Positions 15,072 to 27,278 are shown, numbered from the stretch's first letter. The stretch is 64,000 nucleotides of DNA from Eledone cirrhosa (GCA_964016885.1 OZ024752.1:49662001-49726000), one strand, 5' to 3'. Made by a program: numbers and translations. Notes: generated by a model from the sequence alone, not told the origin.

Positions 15072-15470
15072 TGTAAACGTATATATATGGTGTTAGGAAG
15101 GGCATCCAGCCGTAGAAAACCCGCCAGACAGTCCTATGCGAGCAAGACAACCACTCTTGCCTCAAGTGGGAAAACTCCCGTCCAAACCCATGCAAGCATG
15201 GAAGATGGACGTTAAACGATGATGATGATGATGATGACATATGTATGTATATATATGGGATAACAAGTTATCGTTTTAGGTAATCCAGTTAGAGGTTGTG
15301 AGTACACTGTACTATGGATAGTCTTAACGTACAGCATTGTTTGACTCAACAAGATGTTTTCTTAGTTAGGTAGCGAGTTTGCGAGAATTCCCATGCAGTT
15401 CATTATTGGAGTAATAGTAGTGAAAGAGTGAAGAATAACATGGTCGGTTGTACAAAAAGGGTTTTATTTA

Positions 15471-15585
15471 CAGTATTAACAGTTGTTTCATTGATCAGGT
15501 GAGTCTCAAGGCCACTGATCACTCAAAATTGCATCACTCAACCTTAAATACAGTGTGTCTCTCGGATCAAATCATCGGAATACTG
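15471..15585 (-). ncRNA. Hammerhead motif with long stem II insertion (U4C mutant)
   Basis: Minus strand: caguauu CCGAUGA u-uugauc...gaucaa-u GAAA caacug UU aauacug. Stem I is a perfect 7 bp. Confidence 0.6.
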
Positions 15586-15601
15586 GATGGTGTAACACAT
15601 A

Positions 15602-15921
15602 TCATCATCATCATTTTATGTCCGCTTTTCCCTGCTTGCAAGGGTGGGACGGGAACTGATTCTGGCTTGATTTCTACAGCTGGATGCCCTTCCTAACACC
15701 AACCTCATTTACAGTGAGTGCTGGGTGCTTATTTTCTGTGGCACCAACACGACCACTTTGCACTGGGGTCCCTATCATCTCATTTCTATAGCTGAGTAAA
15801 CTGGAGCAATGTGAAATAAAGTGTCTTGTTCAAGGAAACAACACATCACCCGGTCTGAGAATTGAACTCACAACCTTTCGATTGCAAGGCCAATGCTCTA
15901 ACAACTAAGCCATGTGCTTCC
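15602..15921 (-). mobile_element. SINE family M, near full length
   Basis: Reverse complement of 14339-14682. Confidence 0.9.
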
Positions 15922-16069
15922 ATATATATATATATCAAGAGCGTGAAACTAATAAACCTTTGTTCGTACTGCCTCTCTGTTTTGTTCCCATTCCATTTTT
16001 CACTATATTATATATATATATATACACACATATATTTACACATATATATATATACACACACACACACAA

Positions 16070-16105
<36 letters not shown>

Positions 16106-16135
16106 AGATCAAAAGATGGTTAAAAGAGTTCCATG

Positions 16136-16206
16136 TATTTTATTATGCGCATTTCAAAAACAAATATCATCGTGCGATGACATTTGCATTTTCATCAGAT
16201 AAAATA
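16136..16206 (-). ncRNA. Hammerhead ribozyme, family B, intact core
   Basis: Minus strand: uauuuuau CUGAUGA aaaugcaaaugucaucg-ca-cgaugauauuuguuuuu GAAA ugcgca UA auaaaaua. Stem I 8 bp perfect, stem II about 16 bp. Predicted cut between 16144 and 16143. Confidence 0.85.
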
Positions 16207-16291
16207 GGGAGACATGATATCCGATATCTGCATTGCTTTATTGTACTACAATAAAACTCACCTCCTACATTATATATATATATAGAGATGT

Positions 16292-16603
16292 GGAGGCACA
16301 TAGGTTAGTGGTTCAAGCATTGGGTTTGCATTTGGGAGGTTGTGAGTTTGATTCACAGACCAGGTGATATATTGTGTCCATGAGCAAGACACTTTGTTTT
16401 ACGTTGCTCCAGTAAGCTGTAGTAGAGGACAAGCAAGAAAGACCTGAGCTGAGGTTGTGAGAGCAGACCTCAAATCGCTAAGACTGGCAGATGAGATGAC
16501 GATATGATGAAGGAACATGACAAGCGGAGAGATGGCTATGCTGAGTAGGATCCATCCAACCCATGTAAGCTTGGAAAAGCGGACATAAAAACGATAATGA
16601 TGA
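16292..16603 (+). mobile_element. Chimera: SINE M head fused to an RTE LINE 3' coding end
   Basis: tRNA-like head and tgagcaagacacttt (16292-16415) run directly into decayed CSRGQARKT*AEVVRADL codons and an RTE tail. Confidence 0.65.
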
Positions 16604-16604
16604 T

Positions 16605-16663
<59 letters not shown>

Positions 16664-16808
16664 TAGCAAGAAAGTAAGTGTTGGTAAAATCCAGTACTTC
16701 AGTATGCGGATAGGGAGCACTCAACAAAGATATAAGTTCCGGAGTTATATATATACATATATATATACACATATATATACATATATATATACACATATAT
16801 ATACATAA

Positions 16809-16908
<100 letters not shown>

Positions 16909-16941
16909 TATTATTATGTAATAAACAACATAAGGCAATTA

Positions 16942-17001
16942 TTCCATTTACCAGTGGTTTCTTAAAAGCAAAAGGTTTTGCTTTCAATCCTCAGAATGAA
17001 A
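16942..17001 (-). ncRNA. Hammerhead ribozyme, family F (mirror copy)
   Basis: Exact reverse complement of 17074-17133. Confidence 0.85.
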
Positions 17002-17073
17002 AATCCTGGTTTGTTTATTGAATATGGATTCTAAAATTTTTTAGAATCCATATTCAATAAACAAACCAGGATT

Positions 17074-17133
17074 TTTCATTCTGAGGATTGAAAGCAAAAC
17101 CTTTTGCTTTTAAGAAACCACTGGTAAATGGAA
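17074..17133 (+). ncRNA. Hammerhead ribozyme, family F, intact core
   Basis: uuucauu CUGAGGA uugaaagcaaaa-cc-uuuugcuuuuaa GAAA cc-acu-gg UA aauggaa. Stem I 7 bp, stem II 11-12 bp, GUA triplet. Predicted cut after 17126. Confidence 0.85.
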
Positions 17134-17232
17134 TAATTGCCTTATGTTGTTTATTACATAATAATAATAATTAAGCTCTGTTGCTTACATAGAGCACTCT
17201 TTTTTCCTGGACTTTTCCGATGGAATTACTTC

Positions 17233-17261
<29 letters not shown>

Positions 17262-17263
<2 letters not shown>

Positions 17264-17464
17264 ACGAAGGAAATGTGGTAAGGAACCAGGTGGACCATAA
17301 TGCACTAAAGTACTCAATACTTAGGGTAGTAGAGTGGGTAATAGGAACCAGTAAGACCCCGACGGCTGAGCTCAAGCCGTTTCGACGGCTAATTCTGGAC
17401 TAACATTTAGTCCAGAATTAGCCGTCGAAACGGCTTGAGCTCAGCCGTCGGGGTCTTATTGGTT

Positions 17465-17470
<6 letters not shown>
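17262..17470. mobile_element. Family C module, head-to-head inverted, with half hammerheads
   Basis: Arms of about 62 bp centred near 17405. Each arm carries GAAAcggcttgagctcagccgTCgggg. Confidence 0.7.
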
Positions 17471-17540
<70 letters not shown>

Positions 17541-17541
<1 letters not shown>

Positions 17542-17577
17542 TAATGTTATTATACTATATTATATGTGTGAAATATC

Positions 17578-17608
<31 letters not shown>

Positions 17609-17645
17609 TGATATTTCACACATATAATATAGTATAATAACATTA
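17541..17645. repeat. Inverted repeat, ~38-bp arms with (TA)n spacer
   Basis: taatgttattatactatattatatgtgtgaaatatcat pairs with atgatatttcacacatataatatagtataataacatta. Confidence 0.9.
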
Positions 17646-17982
17646 CCTACACATATAATTAATAAATATTTAACGATGTAAATATTCATTTATCTCACAC
17701 ACTACTTTGTTAAAATACAATTAGTTATCTGATATATTCATCATCAAAGCTCTCCATTAATGCTTTGCCATCCTACTAAATTCCCCCCCAGATAATCTCT
17801 TACCAACATCTGACAATTTCCCCTCAGGATGATTTAATTTGCCCCAACTCTCCTCAGATAATCTCATACCATTATGTGACAATCTCCACCAGAAATAATC
17901 AAAATCTAAAATCTCACACACTTCGGGCCAAGGAGGGTAAACTCTTCAAATATTGGTCGCTCTCCGACAGGTTAACCATTGG

Positions 17983-19149
17983 GCCTGTAGCAGTGTAGAC
18001 TTCTGGTGTCCTTGGCCCTAGGGAACCTCCCTACTTACCACCATAGACCCTGAACTGGCTAGCCCATAGCAGTGTAGACTTCTGGTGTCCTTGGCCCTAG
18101 GGCTACCTCCCTACTTACCACCATAGACCCTGAACTGGCTAGCCCATAGCAGTGAAGACTTCTGGTGTCCTTGGCCCTAGGGCTACCTCCCTACTTACCA
18201 CCATAGACCCTGAACTGGCTAGCCCATAGCAGTGTAGACTTCTGGTGTCCTTGGCCCTAGGGCTACCTCCCTACTTACCACCATAGACCCTGAACTGGCT
18301 AGCCCATAGCAGTGTAGACTTCTGGTGTCCTTGGCCCTAGGGCTACCTCCCTACTTACCACCATAGACCCTGAACTGGCTAGTCCATAGCAGTGAAGACT
18401 TCTGGTGTCCTTGGCCCTAGGGCTACCTCCCTACTTACCACCATAGACCCTGAACTGGCTAGTCCGTAGCAGTGGAGACTTCTGGTGTCCTTGGCCCTAG
18501 GGCTACCTCCCTACTTACCACCATAGATCCTGAACTGGCTAGTCCGTAGCAGTGACGACTTCTGGTGTCCTTGGCCCTAGGGCTACCTCCCTACTTACCA
18601 CCATAGACCCTGAACTGGCTAGTCCGTAGCAGTGGAGACTTCTGGTGTCCTTGGCCCTAGGGCTACCTCCCTACTTACCACCATAGATCCTGAACTGGCT
18701 AGCCCATAGCAGTGAAGACTTCTGGTGTCCTTGGCCCTAGGGCTACCTCCCTACTTACCACCATAGACCCTGAACTGGCTAGCCCATAGCAGTGACGACT
18801 TCTGGTGTCCTTGGCCCTAGGGCTACCTCCCTACTTACCACCATAGACCCTGAACTGGCTAGCCCATAGCAGTGAAGACTTCTGGTGTCCTTGGCCCTAG
18901 GGCTACCTCCCTACTTACCACCATAGACCCTGAACTGGCTAGTCCGTAGCAGTGTAGACTTCTGGTGTCCTTGGCCCTAGGGCTACCTCCCTACTTACCA
19001 CCATAGATCCTGAACTGGCTAGCCCATAGCAGTGGAGACTTCTGGTGTCCTTGGCCCTAGGGCTACCTCCCTACTTACCACCATAGATCCTGAACTGGCT
19101 AGCCCATAGCAGTGGAGACTTCTGGTGTCCTTGGCCCTAGGGCTACCTC
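17983..19149. repeat. GC-rich 80-bp tandem minisatellite, about 14.5 copies
   Basis: Unit tctggtgtccttggccctagggctacctccctacttaccaccatagaccctgaactggctagcccatagcagtgtagact, starting at 18081, 18161, 18241 and so on. Confidence 0.97.
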
Positions 19150-19375
19150 TATATTCACAACCATCGACACAGAGTTGGCTACCCATAGGTGTGAGCCTCA
19201 CAAGCTGGAAGGGTTCTTCCAGCGTGTTTCCCTCACCCACTTTAACTGTTGAATTAATATATATATATATATGGATGTAAATATAATGTATTTTGCAATA
19301 CACTTTATGCTTAATTAAAAGCATTTTGAAGACCGTAAGCTATTGTTTTAAAGTAGTGACAAATTCACTTACTTC

Positions 19376-19469
19376 GATCTCAGCAAACAGGAGGAGATAA
19401 GCTGACATGACATGTTTCGCTTTTGTTGAAGCTTATCAAGGCCAACTACCCCACCCGTCTGCTGAGATC
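19376..19469 (-). ncRNA. Hammerhead motif, U3-A8 variant (left-arm copy, stem I first pair broken)
   Basis: Mirror of 19690-19783, but T at 19403 gives a C.A mismatch next to the cleavage site. Confidence 0.6.
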
Positions 19470-19689
19470 AATGATGTTATATTCTTATAGAAATCTAGTA
19501 AATAATCAGGAGCTGATTATGCAGAGCGGTTGTTGGTCAGGCAGAAATTAGAAATTAGAATTGTAGCTCTGAATTGTAGCTCTATTTCAGAGCTACAATT
19601 CTAATTTCTAATTTCTGCCTGACCAACAACCGCTCTGCATAATCAGCTCCTGATTATTTACTAGATTTCTATAAGAATATAACATCATT

Positions 19690-19783
19690 GATCTCAGCAG
19701 ACGGGCGGGGTAGTTGGCCTTGATAAGCTTCAACAAAAGCGAAACATGTCATGTCGGCTTATCTCCTCCTGTTTGCTGAGATC
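19690..19783 (+). ncRNA. Hammerhead ribozyme, U3-A8 compensated variant with extended stem I
   Basis: ggcc UUGAUAA gcuu-caacaa-aagc GAAA cau-guc-aug UC ggcu. Distal stem gaucucagcagacggg.../...ccuguuugcugagauc has G.U wobbles. Predicted cut after 19755. Confidence 0.8.
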
Positions 19784-20018
19784 GAAGTGAGTGAATTTGT
19801 CACTACTTTAAAACAATAGCTTACGGTCTTCAAAATGCTTTTAATTAAGCATAAAGTGTATTGCAAAATACATTATATTTACATCCATATATATATTGCT
19901 ATTTCAGAGCTACAATTCTAATATATATATATATTATTTGTTTGTTAAAATAATCAAATTAAATTAATTAAATCAACAGTTAAACACACATAGGAATAAT
20001 AAGGTTGTTACCAAAGAG

Positions 20019-20498
20019 CCAGAAGATTGACAAGTCGACCCTAAATAGGACTAATAGCTCTAGGAAAGCCATGAACGACTCCACATCCTTTTAACTTTGA
20101 TTTTGAAAGTAGGTTTTTAATTATCAATTTTCATTGCACTTTTGTAGATGTCTCGGTGGCCTAGTTGGAAGAATTGTAGACGGTGGTGACCCTGGTCTGA
20201 AGTTCCATCCTGGTCAGGAGTAGGGTTCCCTGTAAACCTTTTCAGTTTTTTTCTTTGTGTTGTAAAATAAAAACTGAAAAAAGATTACATGTACCCCTTG
20301 ACCAGGATTGAACCCAAGACCAGGCTCTCCACCGTCTCCAGTACCTACCACTGGGCCACCGAGACAACTACGAAGATCTTATGAAAATTCATACTTATAA
20401 ACCTACTTTCAAAATGTTCAAAACAAAGTGTTGTGGTGTCGTTCATGTCTTTCTTAATCTTATTGCTCCTACTTAGGGTCGACTTCTAAATCATTTGG
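20019..20498. mobile_element. Diverged foldback (MITE-like) element with a tRNA-like unit in each arm
   Basis: Arms of about 235 bp align at roughly 70-75% by eye. A/B-box-like motifs at 20157-20210 (+) and 20305-20358 (-). Confidence 0.75.
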
Positions 20499-20595
20499 GT
20501 GTTCCATAAACTACATCCTCGTTTTGTTTCTCATCTATCTAGACTATATTTTAACCTGCAATCCATGTTTCATTTCTGTTGCACCTCATTTCTCC

Positions 20596-20641
<46 letters not shown>

Positions 20642-20647
20642 ATCTCA

Positions 20648-20678
<31 letters not shown>

Positions 20679-21378
20679 TCTCTCTCTCTCTCTCCCTCTC
20701 TGATATTTGAATCTAATATGATTGGGGCTTATTTTATTATATATTTTTTTAAAAAAAATGTATTCTTTCTCTTATACTTCAGGTATTTTTTTAAAGCAAA
20801 GCATCGGCCCCTAAAATACTACAGCAGGTGCTGTGGACCCCACAATGGTACCGTGGACCACCTAGGGCCCACTTGCCAATGGGAAACCTGGCAACCTGGT
20901 CAGTCTGCCATTGTGTACATACACATACATGTGTATATACATATACATGTGTCCATACATCTACATGTATGTATACATATACATGTATGTATACATATAC
21001 ATGTGTGTATACATATACATGTACATATGTATATAGATATACATGTGTGTACATATATGTGTGTGTGTGTGTGTGTGTGTAAATATATACATGAAAATTG
21101 GGTGTGGGAATTTGAACAATACAGTCTTCAGTATTTAAATATGCTTATCCATTTGAGTTTTATCAATGCCAGATTTTGACAGAACAGCTATATATATATT
21201 GATGTAAAATCTGAATTCATAATTTTTTTCTATTTTTAATCTCAGATATATTTAGTTGGGTCTCTTTAAACACGCATAACTAACTAATCACTATCAATAT
21301 ATATTCTTCTTGCACACATATATCTTAAAATAAGTCTGAGATTTATTTTGATGAAGCTATCTAACTGTTAAGAATCTT

Positions 21379-21379
<1 letters not shown>

Positions 21380-21425
<46 letters not shown>

Positions 21426-21690
21426 TTTACGTCCGCTTTTCCCTGCTTGCAAGGGTTGGACGGGAACTGACTCTGGCTTGAATTCTACAACTGGATGCCC
21501 TTCCCAACACCAACCTCATTTACAGTGAGTGCTGGGTGCTTTTTGTCTGTGGCGCCTACACGTCCACTTTTACAGTGTGGGCTGGGTGCTTTATTGCAGT
21601 GGCACCTCCACGACCACTTTGCAGTGGAATGATAGGGACCCCATGTACTGGGTAATTGCTGGCCTTGTGCCAAAAGTAGAAACAATTATT
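21380..21690 (-). mobile_element. SINE M 3' part joined to a Nin-SINE tail in the opposite orientation
   Basis: RTE tail and body to about 21642, then plus-strand tactgggtaattgctggccttgtgccaaaagtagaaacaatt. Confidence 0.75.
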
Positions 21691-22141
21691 ATTGATCAAC
21701 TGATAAATTTCATAAAGCTGATACAATGCAGTAGAAATATATAAAGGGCAAAGGATAACAAATAAAACAACTAATGTATTTCATAGTATATTCCAACATA
21801 ATATTTCAGGGTTAAAACCCCCTTTTCAAATATGAAATGAAAATGGTTCAGAACAAAAACGAACGATCGATGTGTCCTTCCCTAACTGGTCTATGTGTCT
21901 GAAACATGCATGTGTGGAGCTTTTATAATAGCTACTATTATTTCTTACATTTATTTTAGATTTTTGGGTGTATTTTTACTCTGAAAGAAGTAGTTTTTGT
22001 TTTAAAAAGTGACTCTCATATTTCTTGAAAATTATTGATTTCAAAAATAAAATTCGTGACCGATGAATAGGAAAAAGATGAAGTCTGGAGGGGTTTTTTT
22101 TTCAATATTATTTTTACTTTGTAGATGGGACATAACTTTAC

Positions 22142-22174
<33 letters not shown>

Positions 22175-22225
22175 CATATATATAGAATATAGATGTATAT
22201 GTAAATATATCTATTAATATATATG

Positions 22226-22284
<59 letters not shown>

Positions 22285-22370
22285 ATATATATAGAATATA
22301 GATGTATATGTAAATATATCTATTAATATATATGTATATATATATATGAATATATATATATTAATATGTT

Positions 22371-22466
<96 letters not shown>

Positions 22467-23266
22467 CATATATATACATATATTAATACATATATATATA
22501 CATCAATATATATATAGAGAGAGATGTAAGTATGTAAATATATGAAATATATGTACGTGTGTATGTATGTGTATGTATGTGTATGTATGTGTATGTATGT
22601 GTATGTATGTGTATATGTGTATGTATGTATATGTGTGTGTGAAGTGTTAATTAAATAAGTGGACAAATCCTTAAGAAAAGAAGACCAACAATAGAAAAAA
22701 AATAGAAAAAAATATCAAAGAAAAATAAACAAAGAAAGGAGTTAGATAATATTTAATGTTGGGAAGTATCATAAAATGTGAGGTGGTAGCAGAGGGATTA
22801 AAGAGGTGCAGTAAGAGTAGAGTATTAAAGGATGAGAGGATAAAATCCTAAATGAAGTAACATCACAGGAGGAAGGTTGGCCGAAAAGGACATAGGCTGA
22901 CTGACTATGAAGGAGTGATATTAGGGCCCAGGGCACTTCAGCTTTAAGGGGCCCCCTTCTTACACAAAAAAATTTAGATACACAGAAAACCCCCCAATTT
23001 TACATATCAAAGTTAGTTTGGTGCAAGTAATTGGAATTGAACAGTTATACATACAGGTATTAAATTCAAAAATTCTAACCATCCTAAAACTAAAAAAGCC
23101 CAGCTGAGGGCACAAATAAATTTCTACGGTCGTTGTTGGTGAGGGCCCAGGTAGTTTCCCCCTTTGTCCCCCATTACACATACTCACAAGACTAATACAG
23201 AGAATACACAATTTCTGTAAGTAAAAGTAGTAAATGTTACTGTATGAATAAATAATTAAATACAAG

Positions 23267-23320
<54 letters not shown>

Positions 23321-23345
23321 AACAGATAGATATATTGATAGATAA

Positions 23346-23384
<39 letters not shown>

Positions 23385-23387
23385 TGT

Positions 23388-23745
23388 TTCTTTTTTAGCC
23401 ACAGGGGCACAAAAGAAGGGGACAAATACAAAGGGGGAAGTTTACATACAATAAAAACGTGTAAAATGTTATCACAAATGCAATTTAAAAAATTAGTCGA
23501 TTTTCCCCAATAGGGAAATATGGGTAACACATACCCCCGAAAAAATGTGAAACCCTCATCTCCAGGAGTACGAAGAGTTTGTACTCCTCTCCTCTCCTCC
23601 TCCTTTTCCTCAACCTACAGGCTGATATAGAGAGAAGGCCCATTCACTCGGGCCATTCTTGCCACTTTCACCCACCTTTCATAAAACTTGCTGGGGTACA
23701 GCACCTCTCTCTCCACCCTGATTCTTCTTCCAAAGTGGTATTTGA
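23388..23745 (-). mobile_element. L1/Tx1-like LINE 3' end flanked by (GATA)n
   Basis: Minus frame RRIRVEREVLYPSKFYERWVKVARMARVNGPSLYISL* is homologous to 2637-2757. Confidence 0.6.
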
Positions 23746-23757
23746 AAAAAAGAATAA

Positions 23758-23893
<136 letters not shown>

Positions 23894-24605
23894 AAAATGA
23901 ATAGTTGAAAGTGAGAAATTATTATCATCTAGAGAAAATTTAGATTAGGAAGAACACATAGGAATTTAAAATGAAAATTAATGAATAAATAAGTTAATGA
24001 GTAAATAAATAAATTAGTGTTATATAATTCAATTAGTGGTATTCTTCTCAAGTTAATGATGGCTGAACAAATAAACAATTAAACCATTAACTGAAACTAG
24101 TGTGGGAATAATTGTAATTCTAATTTAAATATTTAAGATTATCAATGTTACGTTATCTAAGGTTTTATGGGAAAAGAACCATAATTTAAATCTAAAATTA
24201 AAATTAAAATTCTTTTAAAAATTATACCTCCAAGTGTTAAGTGAGGATAATGTATGATAAAACCATTTGTTAGATAACAATAATGAGAACAAAAATTACG
24301 AGTGCCATGGTTCAGTGACTATGGCTAATGACAATTACAATTTTTGGCACAAAAACTACAACAAAACTTTAAAGTCACATTATCATCCATAACCAATCAA
24401 ATGGTACTTTAAACAGAGAGCAATCCAAGCCACATTTGTGCATAAATCAGAAAGAAATGTCCAAACATGTTAGATGAGAGACACATTACAGTATAGCCAC
24501 ACATCTCTCCATCTCACTTAACTTTTGAAAATCATCAAGCTGTGAAACTGGTAAAGTTATTGTAAATAGATCTCTGTAAAGAATCCAATTCAATTTTCAA
24601 CTTTA

Positions 24606-24797
24606 CCGCTGGGTAAAGAAGTGCCAAAAAATCCCAGTGGAAGGAAGACGACAAAAATTAAGGGCGAAGGTGGTGAGAGCTAATCTCAGATCGCTGAAGC
24701 TCAGAGAGGAGATGACGAATGGAGAGATGCTGTGCTGAATAGGACCTGTCCCACCCTTTGCAAGCAGGGAAAAGCAGACATAAAATTATGATGATGA

Positions 24798-24800
<3 letters not shown>
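24606..24800 (+). pseudogene. Decayed RTE LINE 3' fragment
   Basis: cgctgggtaaagaagtgcc... is homologous to 6690-6900 with deletions and has the same tail. Confidence 0.8.
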
Positions 24801-24830
<30 letters not shown>

Positions 24831-24833
<3 letters not shown>

Positions 24834-24992
24834 ATTGTTTCTACTTTAGGCACAAGGCCAGCAATTACCCAGTGCATTACTGGTACTTTATTTTATCGAC
24901 CCCGTAAGGATGAAAGGCAAAGTTAACCTCGGCGGGATTTGAACTCAGATCATAAAGGGACGTAACTATGCTGGAAAGCATGGCGTCCGACC
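24831..24992 (-). mobile_element. Nin-domain SINE, lacking the 5' tip
   Basis: Matches 33651-33843. Confidence 0.85.
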
Positions 24993-25102
24993 CCTAAAAT
25001 CCAAAGAGGGGTCGATTGACTTTAATCTGTTATTTTAATAAATATATGTATGTATATATATATAAATATATAAATATATATATGTAAATATATATATATA
25101 TG

Positions 25103-25271
<169 letters not shown>

Positions 25272-25291
25272 TTATATATATATATATGTAT

Positions 25292-25681
25292 ATCATCATC
25301 ATCATCATCATCAGGTTTAGCGTCCGTGTTCCACGCTTGCATGGGTTTGGACGGGGGTTTTCCCACTTGAGGCAAGAGTGGTTGTCTTGCTCGCATAGGA
25401 CTGTCTGGCGGGTTTTCTACAGTTGGATGCCCTTCCTAACACCAACCACATTTACAGTGTGGGGCTGGGAGGTTTTTACCGTGTTGCCTACACGGCCACA
25501 TTACAGCGTGGACTGTCTGGCGGGTTTTCTACAGCTGGATGCCCTTCCTAACACCAACCACATTTACAGTGTGGGGCTGGGAGGTTTTTACCGTGTTGCC
25601 TACACGGCCACATTTACAGCGTGGACTGTGTGTTTTTTGTCGTGACACCTACACGATCTCATTTGTTTCGGCCTGGATGTT
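25292..25681 (-). mobile_element. SINE M2 fragment with a ~112-bp internal tandem duplication
   Basis: ggactgtctggcgggttttctacag...ttacagcgt occurs twice, from 25399 and 25510. Confidence 0.85.
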
Positions 25682-25964
25682 ATATATATATATGTATATA
25701 TGTATATATATGTATATATATATTTATATGTAAATATTTCTCTCTATCTCTCTCTTTCCCTGTAGGTGTGTATGTGATGATGTGTATGTGTATGTGATTG
25801 TGTGTATGTGTATATTCTCGTGTTGGTATGTGTGTGTTTGCATATTTGTATGTGTAAAAGTATGTAATTATCTGTGTGTGTGTGTGTGTATATATTTGTA
25901 TGTGTATATGTATGTAATTGTCTGTTTGTATGTGTATGAGTATAAGTATGTATGTGTATATCAT

Positions 25965-25995
<31 letters not shown>

Positions 25996-26382
25996 CTCTC
26001 TCTCTCTCTCTCTGGAAGGATTCTTGTGTGTTTGTATGTGAATGCATGTGTGTATATAAGTATTAGTATGCATATATGTGTATCTGTATAAGTATGTATG
26101 TATGTACGTGTATGTCATTTTCTCTCTCTCTCTCCCCCTCTCTCTCTCTCTCTGGGAGAATGTGTGTGTGCCATATTTGTGTGTGTGCGCATGTGCGCAT
26201 TTGAGTGTGTGTGTGCGTGTTTGTGTGTGTGTATGTGTGTTTGTGCGTGTGTGTGTGCGCGTTTGTGTGTGTGTGTGGCCTGTTTGTGTGTGTGTGTGCG
26301 TGTTTGTGCGCATTTTTGTGTGCGTGTGTGCCTGTTTGTGTGTGCGTGTGTGCCTGTTTGTGTGTGTGTGCATGTTTGTGTG

Positions 26383-26414
<32 letters not shown>

Positions 26415-26773
26415 CATGTGTATATATATAAGTATTAATATGTATATGTAACACTTGTGTTATTATTTATTCTCACAAAAGGACAATTTAATAAATCATT
26501 AAAACTTATATAGATTTAACAACAACAACAACAACAACAAAAATGGAGGAGAGACAGGGGGGGATGGGGTTATTATATTTTCCCCAATTTACATCGTATT
26601 TGTTGTTTGATTGATAATGTCCCCTCCCCCAAGCCCCCACCCCCACCCAAGTCCCCTCCCCCACCCCCACCCTTGGCAAACAGAGTTGTTTGACAGTTCT
26701 TTCATTTACTACATTAATTTAATTAGCACTTATTATTACATATCATCATTAATATCATCATTGGTGTTATTGT

Positions 26774-26807
<34 letters not shown>

Positions 26808-27067
26808 GTTGTTGTCGTTGTTGTTGTTTTTATTGTTGTTGTTTTTATTGTTGTTGTGGTTGTTGTTCTTGTTCTTGTCAGATGTATCATCATCATCATC
26901 ATCATCACCTTTGTCATCAATCCTGCACCCCCCCCCCACCTCTTTCTCTCACCTCCCTCTACCACCCACACACTCTTCTCACCCTATTATTGTTGTTCCT
27001 TTTTTTGTTTTTTTACTTTTGTATCTTTCTATCTATTAACATGTTTTATTATTATATATATATATAC

Positions 27068-27132
<65 letters not shown>

Positions 27133-27166
27133 TGTGTGTACATATATATATGTACATATATTTATA

Positions 27167-27219
<53 letters not shown>

Positions 27220-27278
27220 ATATATATATATATATATAAGTGTGTGTACATATATATATATATGTACATATATTTATA

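Larger units (their letters stand above)
19263..19896. repeat. Near-perfect palindrome, 311-bp arms, 12-nt spacer
   Basis: Arms 19263-19573 and 19586-19896; three mismatches seen. The start of the right arm is repeated at 19899-19921. Confidence 0.97.

Noticed and set aside
17805-17865. Minus-strand CTGAGGA...GAAAttgTC
   Set aside because: Stems I and II do not pair; the region is a degenerate local tandem duplication.
17983-19149. CRISPR-like appearance of the 80-bp and 70-bp arrays
   Set aside because: Units are head-to-tail with no unique spacers; eukaryotic context and no cas genes.
20149-20365. True tRNA genes; the same applies to SINE heads throughout
   Set aside because: A/B boxes are present, but there is no acceptor or anticodon stem pairing.
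21775-21840. Minus-strand TTGAAAA-gggg/ccct-GAAA, a possible U3-A8 hammerhead
   Set aside because: Proximal stem I does not pair; possibly a decayed copy but not supportable.
22920-23175. GC-rich ends suggesting a MITE (also 20804-20912)
   Set aside because: TIRs and TSD are too decayed to define.
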